The translations under genes and the position numbers were made by a program. 64,000 bases of DNA from the NCBI RefSeq assembly GCF_965657105.1, contig NZ_CBFHNB010000001.1, forward strand, positions 30,937-94,936, written 5' to 3'. Each line of letters begins with the position of its first letter. The stretch's first letter is position 1. Under the pieces are notes generated by a model. That model was given only the letters and a program-made list of their open reading frames with translations. It did no database searches and was not told the DNA's origin. The DNA comes from Candidatus Puniceispirillum sp. (GTDB lineage: Bacteria; Pseudomonadota; Alphaproteobacteria; Puniceispirillales; Puniceispirillaceae). Shown here in pieces: positions 35,697 to 44,203 of the stretch.

Positions 35697-37413
35697 TCGT
35701 CTGCTGTCCTAACAATAATTCAAGCGCATCAATCAGCGAGCTAGCACCCGTGATATCCGCCGCCGCAACAAACGTAGTATCCGGCATGAGCGCAGACATG
35801 TCAGCGCGCAGACCGGCAATAGCATCAAGCTTACTAGCTATATATATAACCACATCGGGTTTAGCCGCACGAATATCACGCGCTGTATCAGCCCCACAGA
35901 CAAGTGTTATCACTGACAAACCGCCAATTGCACATAGCTGATCGCTGTCTGCCTTGAGGGACTGCAATGCCTGATCCATAGTCCCCGATGGCAACAGACA
36001 TATGATACGAGGTTGCCGCGCTGAAGCTTTACGACGAAATTCTTCGATGATATGAGCAGGTCGCGCGATCAAAGACCCATCACCACCCCAGCCGCCAGCA
36101 TCAATATCAGCGACCGGCGCCATGTCAGGTTGCAATGTCACACCCAAAATCATGGCATCGCCCATGACAAGCCTAGCGTTAGCTTTTGCCTGTCCTTCAC
36201 TGGCTAAATCAGCAAACACATTATCCTTGTAACATGATGATGCGCCACCCTTGCTCTCCAGCATCTGAAATGCCGACCATGCCGCTTTTGCTAAATCATC
36301 GGCACGCGCTTCGATAAAACCAGAACCACCAGCTGGGTCAATCGCTTTTGCAATACCTGATTCCTCGATCATCAATAATTGCGTCATGCGAGCAAGACGA
36401 CGGCCACGGGCAGTTTCGCCCGTCAGAATATCATGCGCAAACCCTGTCAGAGCATCAGCATTACCCAACGCTCCACCTAACAAGGCTGTTGTTGAGCGCA
36501 GCATATTCACATCCTGATCCAAAAGGCTGAACATCCGTAATGATGGCGCCGCATGCAAACGCAAACGATGCTGATCAGGGTCAAGACCAAGAGCTGAAAC
36601 GATGCCTGCCCAGCCATGTCGAATTGCACGGCATTTGGCCAGGCCAGCATATAGATCGGCAGGCAAGGCGATGGTCACTTCGATCAGCGCGGCAATCGCC
36701 CTAGGGGCAATACCCGCCTCCATTGCACGCCGCATAATATCGGTAACTGATGATAGAATAATCGCCAATTCATTGACCGCCGTGACACCTTTATTATGCC
36801 AATGCCATCCATTAACCGCAAAAATTGATGTTGGTATTTGTGTGGCGGCGCGGTTAGCAAGCGCAAAGCCAGCCGCCAGTATGACATCTGAATCAGCATC
36901 TCCTTCTGCCATAAAGGGATCTAACCCGGCATGTAGATTGGCCTTGCTGATATCACCATCAATATATGCGATAAATCTATCCACCAGCTGATATGTGCTG
37001 GCACCGCTATCTAAATGCACTCCAACAGCGGGCAACATGATGCCATCAAACAGCCCGCCAAAGTCAATCTGCGCATCCCTATCCGCACGTAGCCAGAGCG
37101 ATGTTGCGCCCTGTTCGACGTCATCAATTATACATTTGTTGATGGCTTTAACGTCACCATTTATGTGCAAGGGCTGGCGTATATCCCATCCAAAAGCCAC
37201 ACGCTGGACTGGGTCATGTGACAGACGCCGCACGCTTGTCGCCATATCGCCAGCAAGCTGGGTTGAACCGCTATCATAAAGGGCGTCAACAATCAGACCG
37301 TCTTCGTCATAACGTAGCAAGCTATCCGCCGCCGCGTTCCGAAGCATTTTTTCAACCGCATTAACCCAGTCATCACGAGAGGCTGGGGGAAAACAATTAT
37401 CAACTGATGACAT
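35689..37413 (-). CDS. Methylmalonyl-CoA mutase small (beta) subunit
   Basis: MutA-like sequence. Its 3' end overlaps the start of the large-subunit gene by 8 nt. Start uncertain (GTG 37458, ATG 37431 or ATG 37413). 37413 ([16 protein letters not shown]) fits the family N-terminus. Confidence 0.75.
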   Translation of the reverse strand: MSSVDNCFPPASRDDWVNAVEKMLRNAAADSLLRYDEDGLIVDALYDSGSTQLAGDMATSVRRLSHDPVQRVAFGWDIRQPLHINGDVKAINKCIIDDVEQGATSLWLRADRDAQIDFGGLFDGIMLPAVGVHLDSGASTYQLVDRFIAYIDGDISKANLHAGLDPFMAEGDADSDVILAAGFALANRAATQIPTSIFAVNGWHWHNKGVTAVNELAIILSSVTDIMRRAMEAGIAPRAIAALIEVTIALPADLYAGLAKCRAIRHGWAGIVSALGLDPDQHRLRLHAAPSLRMFSLLDQDVNMLRSTTALLGGALGNADALTGFAHDILTGETARGRRLARMTQLLMIEESGIAKAIDPAGGSGFIEARADDLAKAAWSAFQMLESKGGASSCYKDNVFADLASEGQAKANARLVMGDAMILGVTLQPDMAPVADIDAGGWGGDGSLIARPAHIIEEFRRKASARQPRIICLLPSGTMDQALQSLKADSDQLCAIGGLSVITLVCGADTARDIRAAKPDVVIYIASKLDAIAGLRADMSALMPDTTFVAAADITGASSLIDALELLLGQQTNA

Positions 37414-37475
37414 GATATGCCTTTGTCTCATATAGTTCTTAGCAAAGCTAACAGTCACGATTGGTCAAATCAAGG

Positions 37476-38987
37476 ATGCCCATGACCCCGAGCCGTCATA
37501 CCTCAAAAAGCGATTTACGGCACCCCCTTATAGCGCATGATGTGCGTATTGACCGCTGGATTATGGGTTTGCTTATTCTTGTGACCGCAATACGGAGCCT
37601 TGCTATCTTGATCAGCCCCTTGGAATTAGGTGTTGACGAAGCGCAATATTGGGCATGGAGCCAAACGCCAGATTTTGGATATTTCACCAAACCTCCCCTT
37701 ATTGCATGGATCATAGGATTGTCGCATGCCCTGTTTGGACATGAAATCTGGGCCGTACGTCTGCCAGCACCATGGCTTCATCTTCTGACCGCGATCATAT
37801 TATGGCGAACGGCAAGCTGGATAGCAGGGCCTAATGCGGGACGCTGGGCAGCCGTTATATGGATTGCCCTACCTATCATTTCGGTTGGTAGCTTTGTCAT
37901 TTCAACCGATACACCGCTTTTGCTGGCACTGAGCGTGGCCTTGATGATGGTCATTGGTGTTCTGCATAATCGGTTTGACCCACTTCGCGGCATGTTTATC
38001 TGTGGCCTGGCTGTTGGTGTTGGGTTTCTGGCAAAATATGCGGCCATATATTTTCTGGCTGGCATACTTTTATGGGCGCTATGGAACCGGTTGTCAGGGA
38101 CAAACAATAGTATCAGCTTACGGCATTTATTGCTTTTTGGCCTTGGCATGATCATCGCCGCCAGCCCGAATATAATATGGAATCTAACCAATGATTTCAC
38201 CACAGTGCGGCATCTTGGTGATAATGCCAACATTGCCAAACAAAGTTTTGATCTAGCCAAAGTTGGCGGCTTTATGCTGGGTCAGTTTGGCGTTGCGGGC
38301 CCAGGCATCTTCATGCTTATGCTAGGTATTCTTCGCCCCCCTTTCAGCACCAGCCCAAAAAGACTGATGATATGCCTTAGCCTGCCAATATTGGGCTTAA
38401 TGACCATTCAAGCCTTTATCAGCGATGCTAATGCAAACTGGGCGGTTGCCAGCTATCCCGCACTGACGATCTGGCTGGCTTGCTGGATCGCCCAGACAAA
38501 TAGATGGCGCTGGGGGCTTTTGGCCAGCGGCATCAACGCGGCCATTGCGATTGTCATTATCAGCGCCAGCATGGCAGGCAGTCTTGGCGTTTTTACCCCC
38601 GCATCCGATCCGCTTCGCCGATTGCGCGGATGGGAAGCACTAGCCACCGATGTAAACGCCGCCTTGGAACAGCATGATGCCAAACTCATAGTCGCAGACA
38701 GACGTGCAACAGCGGCATTAATGGGATGGCATTTTTACGATAGTGATATCGATATTGCCGTATATGACAGGGATGGCATTCCCAGCAATCATTACGAACG
38801 CAACCACGCCTTTGGCAGTGCGGTGACTGGCACCCGTGCCATTATCGCTGTTGATGGGCGCACGCAGGCGCCGGACTTGCCACAGGTAAACTGGCACGCC
38901 AATCCTTCAATCTCCGAACATGAGATTTCAAAAAACCGGACCCGCAAGCTGTTTATATTTGCGGGCACGCAGACGACTTTGCCTTAG
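37476..38987 (+). CDS. ArnT/PMT-like glycosyltransferase family 39 membrane protein
   Basis: About 500 aa and polytopic. The N-terminal loop motif LGVDEAQYWAWSQTPDFGYFTKPPLIAW is typical of GT39/ArnT-like enzymes. The start is ambiguous (37461-37482). Confidence 0.7.
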   Translation: MPMTPSRHTSKSDLRHPLIAHDVRIDRWIMGLLILVTAIRSLAILISPLELGVDEAQYWAWSQTPDFGYFTKPPLIAWIIGLSHALFGHEIWAVRLPAPWLHLLTAIILWRTASWIAGPNAGRWAAVIWIALPIISVGSFVISTDTPLLLALSVALMMVIGVLHNRFDPLRGMFICGLAVGVGFLAKYAAIYFLAGILLWALWNRLSGTNNSISLRHLLLFGLGMIIAASPNIIWNLTNDFTTVRHLGDNANIAKQSFDLAKVGGFMLGQFGVAGPGIFMLMLGILRPPFSTSPKRLMICLSLPILGLMTIQAFISDANANWAVASYPALTIWLACWIAQTNRWRWGLLASGINAAIAIVIISASMAGSLGVFTPASDPLRRLRGWEALATDVNAALEQHDAKLIVADRRATAALMGWHFYDSDIDIAVYDRDGIPSNHYERNHAFGSAVTGTRAIIAVDGRTQAPDLPQVNWHANPSISEHEISKNRTRKLFIFAGTQTTLP

Positions 38988-39009
38988 CCTCCCCACGCAC
39001 CAGCCAGTC

Positions 39010-39450
39010 TTATAATTTGGTTTTGCTTTTGGTGATCTGTTCAAAGATCGCCAGTGTTTCGGGGCTGACATGATGCTCAACACCTTCAGCATCTTCTTCG
39101 GCGATCTCGGCAGACACGCCAATCGTTATTAGAAAATCACGGACAACGCGGTGCCTGTCTTGACTGCGCTGAGCCAAACTCTTTCCGGCCTCAGTCAGAA
39201 AAATAGACCGATAGGGTTTGCTTTCAACAAGGTCAGCACGTTGCAGACGTTGAATGATGGCATTTACTGTTGGGCTGGTAACACCAAAACGCGCGGCCAG
39301 ATCAACTGTGCGCGCTTCACCTGTTTCCTTGATAAGCTCGGCAATCATTTCGACATAGTCTTCGGCCACCTCGCTTTGGTGCGCACGGCGGATGCGGTCA
39401 AATTTTGCCGCACTTGTTGCTACATCGCTTTGGTCGTCTTTATGTGTCAT
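39010..39450 (-). CDS. mntR: DtxR-family manganese-responsive regulator (MntR-like)
   Basis: 146 aa with a wHTH (TVDLAARFGVTSPTVNAIIQRL) and a metal-binding/dimerisation helix region (HRVVRDFL...EGVEHHVS). Confidence 0.75.
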   Translation of the reverse strand: MTHKDDQSDVATSAAKFDRIRRAHQSEVAEDYVEMIAELIKETGEARTVDLAARFGVTSPTVNAIIQRLQRADLVESKPYRSIFLTEAGKSLAQRSQDRHRVVRDFLITIGVSAEIAEEDAEGVEHHVSPETLAIFEQITKSKTKL

Positions 39451-39661
39451 GGGAAACCATACCCTCCACGGCGGAAATTAAAACATTCCTGATAATTTAG
39501 CCACACCAAAATTTGTTGAGGTCTTTTATAATTTTTAAGAAAATATTATTCAGCCAACGAGCTTGCGCCGCTTTCTAGGCTTATATAGGATGGCGACATA
39601 TATCTAATAGTCGCCTTCAGATCATGACTGTGCGTCTAACAAACCTCGATGAAAGACAGCT

Positions 39662-39967
39662 ATGGATAAGGCCACCCAAACTGAATTAGAAGCGGCAGCA
39701 TTTCGCCGCCTTGTCGCCCATTTGCAGGATCGAACCGATGTCCAGAATATCGATATGATGAATCTGGCTGGGTTCTGTCGGAACTGCATGTCGCGCTGGT
39801 ATCGCGAAGCCGCCGAAGCTGATGGCATAACCCTTAGTGATCCTGAAGCCCGTAAATTAATTTATGGGATGGATTACGCCACATGGAAAGCCACCTACCA
39901 AACCGAGGCCAGTCCTGATCAACTGGCAAAAATGAAACAATCCCATGACCATGAAAAGAAGGACTGA
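39662..39967 (+). CDS. DUF1244-family small protein
   Basis: 101 aa. The N-terminal block ELEAAAFRRLVAHLQDRTDVQNIDMMNLAGFCRNCMSRWY is characteristic of DUF1244. Confidence 0.7.
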   Translation: MDKATQTELEAAAFRRLVAHLQDRTDVQNIDMMNLAGFCRNCMSRWYREAAEADGITLSDPEARKLIYGMDYATWKATYQTEASPDQLAKMKQSHDHEKKD

Positions 39968-39984
39968 TCCATGTCAGCAAACCC

Positions 39985-40236
39985 ATGTCTGTAATTCCCG
40001 GCACCGGTGCGGGCGCCGAACAGCTCACCCAGTTTATTGAGCGTATTGAACGTCTGGAAGAAGAAAAACGCGCCCTCATGGCGGATATCAAAGATGTCTA
40101 TGCCGAAGCGAAAGCCACGGGATTTGAACCAAAAATCATGCGGCAGATTGTGCGTATGCGGGCTATGGATCGCGACCTACTTAGCGAGCAGGATGCGCTT
40201 CTTGACACCTATCGCGATGCACTTGGCTTGCGCTAG
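39985..40236 (+). CDS. gapR: DUF2312/UPF0335 protein (GapR-type nucleoid-associated protein)
   Basis: 83 aa. LTQFIERIERLEEEKRALMADIKDVYAEAKATGFEPKIMRQIVRMR is the conserved GapR/DUF2312 core. Confidence 0.75.
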   Translation: MSVIPGTGAGAEQLTQFIERIERLEEEKRALMADIKDVYAEAKATGFEPKIMRQIVRMRAMDRDLLSEQDALLDTYRDALGLR

Positions 40237-40256
40237 CGCATGGGGTGATCACTGCG

Positions 40257-41180
40257 ATGGATAACTTTGGTGATCGCCTTGCCGAGGCAAACCGACAGAC
40301 ACAAACACCGCTGTGCATGGGCATTGATCCGCATGTAACGATGATACCTGCGCTATTTGGTAATGCCACCGCCGAAGCTGGAAGCGAAGAAGCTCTATCT
40401 GCCATTGCAAATTTCTGCGACGCCTGTGTAAAGGCGGCAACAGGCCGTGTCCCCGCCATCAAACCGCAAGCTGCCTTTTTTGAAATGCAGGGGCCAAAAG
40501 GCATGCAAATCCTGCAAGATCTTGGTCATGCGGCTATTGATGCTGGTCTGCTTGTCATCATGGATGCTAAGCGCGGCGATATAGGCAGCACATCAACCGC
40601 ATATGCCAAAGCCTGGATCGGGCATGACGCCCTGTTTCCATCCGATGCACTGACCATCAATCCCTGGCTTGGTATCGATACACTTGAACCATTCATCAAT
40701 CAGGCTGACGCTACCCATAGCGGCTTGTTCATCTTAAACCGGACAAGCAATCCGGGGGCAGGCGATCTTCAGGACCGCATGGTTGATGATAAGCCGCTTT
40801 ATATGCATCTTGCCAATATGCTAGCGCCAATTGCCAGCGCCCGGATTGGCGCATCGGGTTGGTCATCAATCGGCATTGTCGCTGGGGCAACCTGGCCTGC
40901 CGAAGCAAACGCATTGCGGGCAACTTTGCCAACCGCGCCTTTTCTGGTTCCCGGTTTTGGGGCGCAAGGGGCTGGTGCCGAGAAAGCGCTAGCTGGTCTG
41001 GTGCGAAGCCAAGATCACTGGCAAGATCACTGGCACAATCACTGGCAAGGTGGTTTGATCAATAGCACACGCGGGCTGATATTCCCCGAATCGGCGCGCG
41101 ACGCTACATCCATTAACGCATGGCACAACACCATTTTGGCTAAAATTGACGCCGATAAACATCTGCTGAACAGCATTTAA
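40257..41180 (+). CDS. pyrF: Orotidine-5'-phosphate decarboxylase, type 2
   Basis: Motifs LCMGIDPH, IKPQAAFFE, VIMDAKRGDIGST and PGFGAQG are present. Start taken at ATG 40257 (MDNFGDRL). The ORF is open from GTG 40245. Confidence 0.8.
   Translation: MDNFGDRLAEANRQTQTPLCMGIDPHVTMIPALFGNATAEAGSEEALSAIANFCDACVKAATGRVPAIKPQAAFFEMQGPKGMQILQDLGHAAIDAGLLVIMDAKRGDIGSTSTAYAKAWIGHDALFPSDALTINPWLGIDTLEPFINQADATHSGLFILNRTSNPGAGDLQDRMVDDKPLYMHLANMLAPIASARIGASGWSSIGIVAGATWPAEANALRATLPTAPFLVPGFGAQGAGAEKALAGLVRSQDHWQDHWHNHWQGGLINSTRGLIFPESARDATSINAWHNTILAKIDADKHLLNSI
41010..41050 (+). repeat. In-frame 12-nt tandem repeat inside pyrF (CAAGATCACTGG x2, CACAATCACTGG, CAAGG...)
   Basis: Read directly. It encodes QDHW-QDHW-HNHW-Q between LVRS and GGLINSTRG. 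Confidence 0.9.
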
Positions 41181-41345
41181 CCAAAAAAGAAACGCTTTCT
41201 TTACCACGCTCACGGAAACGTGAACCAAACACCCCATAATTATCATTTATGATGCTTGTATAAGGTCATTAAAAAGCAACAAAATATACATATTGTTTTA
41301 TGTGGTCATAGAGCAGATTAATGTTGAATATTGTGGGTGATACCT

Positions 41346-41891
41346 ATGGCAAAAGATACTAAGTCGGTAAAGTCGTCAGACGTTGAAAATTCCGAAAATG
41401 GTGAAGATCTGGTTCCCAGCGCACCGTCCCGTGAAATAAAAGAAGGGGAACTGGTCTGGTACAATGAACGCAAAGGTTATGGGTTCGTAAAAATTGACGA
41501 TACCGAAATCTTTCTGCACCGATCAACACTTGATCGATTTGGTTTGATACGGCTTTTGACTGGTGACCGGGTGAGCGTGTCGCTCACAGAAAACGAACAT
41601 GGAAAAGTCATTCAGGATTTGCTGACGGTTGAACGGCCTGTCAGTCCGGCACCACCAATGGCATCAGCGCCAGGGGAAGATGAAGTCCGCGCTGTAGTCA
41701 AATTTTTCAATGATGTTCGTGGCTATGGTTTTGTCACTGCCGAGAATATTGACGATGATGTTTTCGTTCATTCCCGAGTGCTTAGTGATTGTGGTTTCCA
41801 CTCACTTCTGCAAGGACAGAAGCTACTTGTGAAAGTTGATGATTCTGGTCGCGGCCCGCAGGTTCAGGCTGTTCGGTTGCTCAACGAATAA
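41346..41891 (+). CDS. Cold-shock-domain protein with two CSDs
   Basis: CSD1 is GELVWYNERKGYGFVKIDD..IFLH. CSD2 is VKFFNDVRGYGFVTAENIDDDVFVH. They are preceded by an acidic N-terminal tail of about 30 aa. Confidence 0.8.
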   Translation: MAKDTKSVKSSDVENSENGEDLVPSAPSREIKEGELVWYNERKGYGFVKIDDTEIFLHRSTLDRFGLIRLLTGDRVSVSLTENEHGKVIQDLLTVERPVSPAPPMASAPGEDEVRAVVKFFNDVRGYGFVTAENIDDDVFVHSRVLSDCGFHSLLQGQKLLVKVDDSGRGPQVQAVRLLNE

Positions 41892-41901
41892 AACTCTGTT
41901 A

Positions 41902-41942
41902 CTCCAGCAAAAGGCCAACGTAACTGGCTTTCAAGGCTGGAG
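41902..41942 (+). promoter_or_regulatory. Stem-loop whose 3' arm contains the Shine-Dalgarno of the downstream MFS gene
   Basis: CTCCAGC (41902-41908) is the exact complement of GCTGGAG (41936-41942). The GGAG lies 4 nt before ATG 41947. An inner GCCA/TGGC pair is possible. Confidence 0.35.
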
Positions 41943-41946
41943 ACGT

Positions 41947-43176
41947 ATGATGTTACTATTTTCTAAGCCCAGCGCATGGATTATAATCCTGCTCGCTGGA
42001 TCGGCGATGGTTTCTGCAACGCTTGGCATTCGCCAAGTCTTTGGTCTTTTTGTCCTGCCTGTCTCGAACGAACTTGGCACTGGCTTGCAGTTTTTCTCGC
42101 TTGCCATTGCTTGCCAGAATATTGTGTGGGGCATATCATCACCATTCTTTGGCGCTGTTGCGGATAGATATGGTTCGTGGCGTGTGGCGGCATGTGGCGC
42201 CTTGCTCTATGCCATCGGCCTGCTATCAATGGCCTTATATGTGACTGAAGCGGGTGTGCTTATTGGCCAAATTTTCATTGGTATGGGATTGGGTAGTGCT
42301 GGTATTTCAATTGCTGTTGGTGCGGTTGCCCGCGCCGCGCCGCCCGAAAAAAGGTCATTAGCGCTTGGCCTCGTTACCAGCTTTGGCTCCTTTGGCCAAT
42401 TTGCGCTTGTCCCCTTCACCCAGGAATTGATGTCAAACTATGGATGGCAAACAGCGCTTATTATTTTATCTGTGATCATGGCTTCTATGGTTGCCATGTC
42501 ACTGGGCTTGCGTGGCGATGGCCAGTCAGACCAGAACAAAGCCAGCGTTTCAGATATTGCCCATTTGACGGCCGCCAGTGCATTACGAAGCGCGGTTTCA
42601 AGTCGTGATTATATCCTGTTGACCACTGGTTTTTTTGTATGCGGTCTTCAGTTGGTTTTTATAACAACGCATTTGCCAACCTACCTTGCTGATGCTGACA
42701 TTGGTCTTGATGTAGCTGGTTGGGCGCTGGCGCTGATAGGTTTATTCAACATAATAGGCGCCTTCATATGCGGCTGGCTTGGCGATATAACGTCCAAGAA
42801 AAACGTGCTGGCTAGCGTGTATTTATTGCGCGGCCTTGCCATAGCTGTCTTTATCTTGACGCCTGTCACGCCAGTTTCGGTATTGCTCTTTGGCGCGGCC
42901 ATGGGGCTTTTATGGCTAGGCACAATACCCCTGACCAGTGGCCTGATCGTGGTTTTCTTTGGCCCCAAATATGTCAGCATGCTCTATGGCGTTGTATTTC
43001 TCTCGCACCAGATCGGCTCATTTGTCGGCGCGTGGGTTGGTGGCCTCTGGTATGATGCCTATGGTAATTACGAAGCCATGTGGTGGCTGAATGTCGGCTT
43101 TGGTGTCTTTGCTTTTGTTATAAACTGGTTGATACGTGAACCAAGCTCCAAAACACCTGCTTTCGCCGCTGGCTAG
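41947..43176 (+). CDS. MFS transporter
   Basis: About 410 aa with 12 predicted TM helices. Start at ATG 41947 (MMLLFSKPSAW). The ORF upstream of this overlaps the csp gene. Confidence 0.75.
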   Translation: MMLLFSKPSAWIIILLAGSAMVSATLGIRQVFGLFVLPVSNELGTGLQFFSLAIACQNIVWGISSPFFGAVADRYGSWRVAACGALLYAIGLLSMALYVTEAGVLIGQIFIGMGLGSAGISIAVGAVARAAPPEKRSLALGLVTSFGSFGQFALVPFTQELMSNYGWQTALIILSVIMASMVAMSLGLRGDGQSDQNKASVSDIAHLTAASALRSAVSSRDYILLTTGFFVCGLQLVFITTHLPTYLADADIGLDVAGWALALIGLFNIIGAFICGWLGDITSKKNVLASVYLLRGLAIAVFILTPVTPVSVLLFGAAMGLLWLGTIPLTSGLIVVFFGPKYVSMLYGVVFLSHQIGSFVGAWVGGLWYDAYGNYEAMWWLNVGFGVFAFVINWLIREPSSKTPAFAAG

Positions 43177-44117
43177 CTTTGTTCGCCAAGCCAGCGTTCC
43201 GCATCAAGCGCGGCCATACATCCCATACCTGCCGCGGTTACGGCTTGCCGGTAAATTTTATCGACACAGTCCCCAGCGGCAAAGATACCATCTACAGATG
43301 TCCTCGTGCCGCCCTTTTCCGCAATGATATAGCCTTCATCATCAAGCTCGACCGCCTCTTTAAAAGCGGCGGTTGCTGGATCATGTCCGATAGCAACAAA
43401 CATACCATGGACAGATATTTCTTTATCGGCCTCACCTGTTGTTGAGGTCAAACGGACACCCGTTACGCCACCATCATCTCCCAGAACTTCGGTAACTTCA
43501 CGATTCCATTCAACGCTGATATTGTCCTTTTTCAACAGGCGTTCCTGCATGATCTGTTCAGCGCGCAAACTATCGCGGCGATGCACCAGCGTGACCTTAT
43601 TACATATATTTGCCAGATACAGCGCTTCCTCAACTGCCGTATTACCACCGCCAATAACAGCAACATCACGTCCTTTATAAAAGAATCCATCACAGGTGGC
43701 ACAGGCTGATACGCCGCGGCCATTAAAGGTTTGTTCGGAGGCAATGCCCAGCCAGCGTGCCTGCGCGCCTGTTGCCAAAATCACGACATCGGCGGTCATT
43801 GATGCGCCTGAATCCAAACTGATATGAAACGGACGTGTGCTGGCATCGATATTCGTTACAAGATCATAGATCACCCGTGTCCCTACATTTTCGGCCTGCG
43901 CTTGCATTTCGGTCATCAACCATGGTCCCTGAATAACATCAGCGAATCCCGGATAGTTTTCTACATCAGTGGTAATTGTCATCTGCCCACCGGGCTGTAA
44001 TCCAGCGATAATCACAGGCGAAAGATTGGCGCGCGCCGTATATATACCAGCACTAAGACCCGCAGCACCAGCGCCGATAATAACAACATGTTCATGGGTA
44101 GGTGATGATGCAGACAT
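43173..44117 (-). CDS. trxB: Thioredoxin-disulfide reductase
   Basis: 314 aa with an FAD GxGxxG (VVIIGAGAAG), the redox-active CATCDG, and an NADPH site (VIGGGNTAVEEA). Confidence 0.9.
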   Translation of the reverse strand: MSASSPTHEHVVIIGAGAAGLSAGIYTARANLSPVIIAGLQPGGQMTITTDVENYPGFADVIQGPWLMTEMQAQAENVGTRVIYDLVTNIDASTRPFHISLDSGASMTADVVILATGAQARWLGIASEQTFNGRGVSACATCDGFFYKGRDVAVIGGGNTAVEEALYLANICNKVTLVHRRDSLRAEQIMQERLLKKDNISVEWNREVTEVLGDDGGVTGVRLTSTTGEADKEISVHGMFVAIGHDPATAAFKEAVELDDEGYIIAEKGGTRTSVDGIFAAGDCVDKIYRQAVTAAGMGCMAALDAERWLGEQS

Positions 44118-44203
44118 ATAACTTCTCTCTTCGATAGAAAATAAGGATAATAGATTAGCCCTGACGGGGTGTTATTTTCGATTTTACATGCTAGCCTTGC
44201 TCA

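Noticed and set aside
34992-35744. 250-aa ORF on the + strand
   Set aside because: It is antisense to the methylmalonyl-CoA mutase large-subunit gene. The Arg/His-rich nonsense composition marks it as a shadow ORF.
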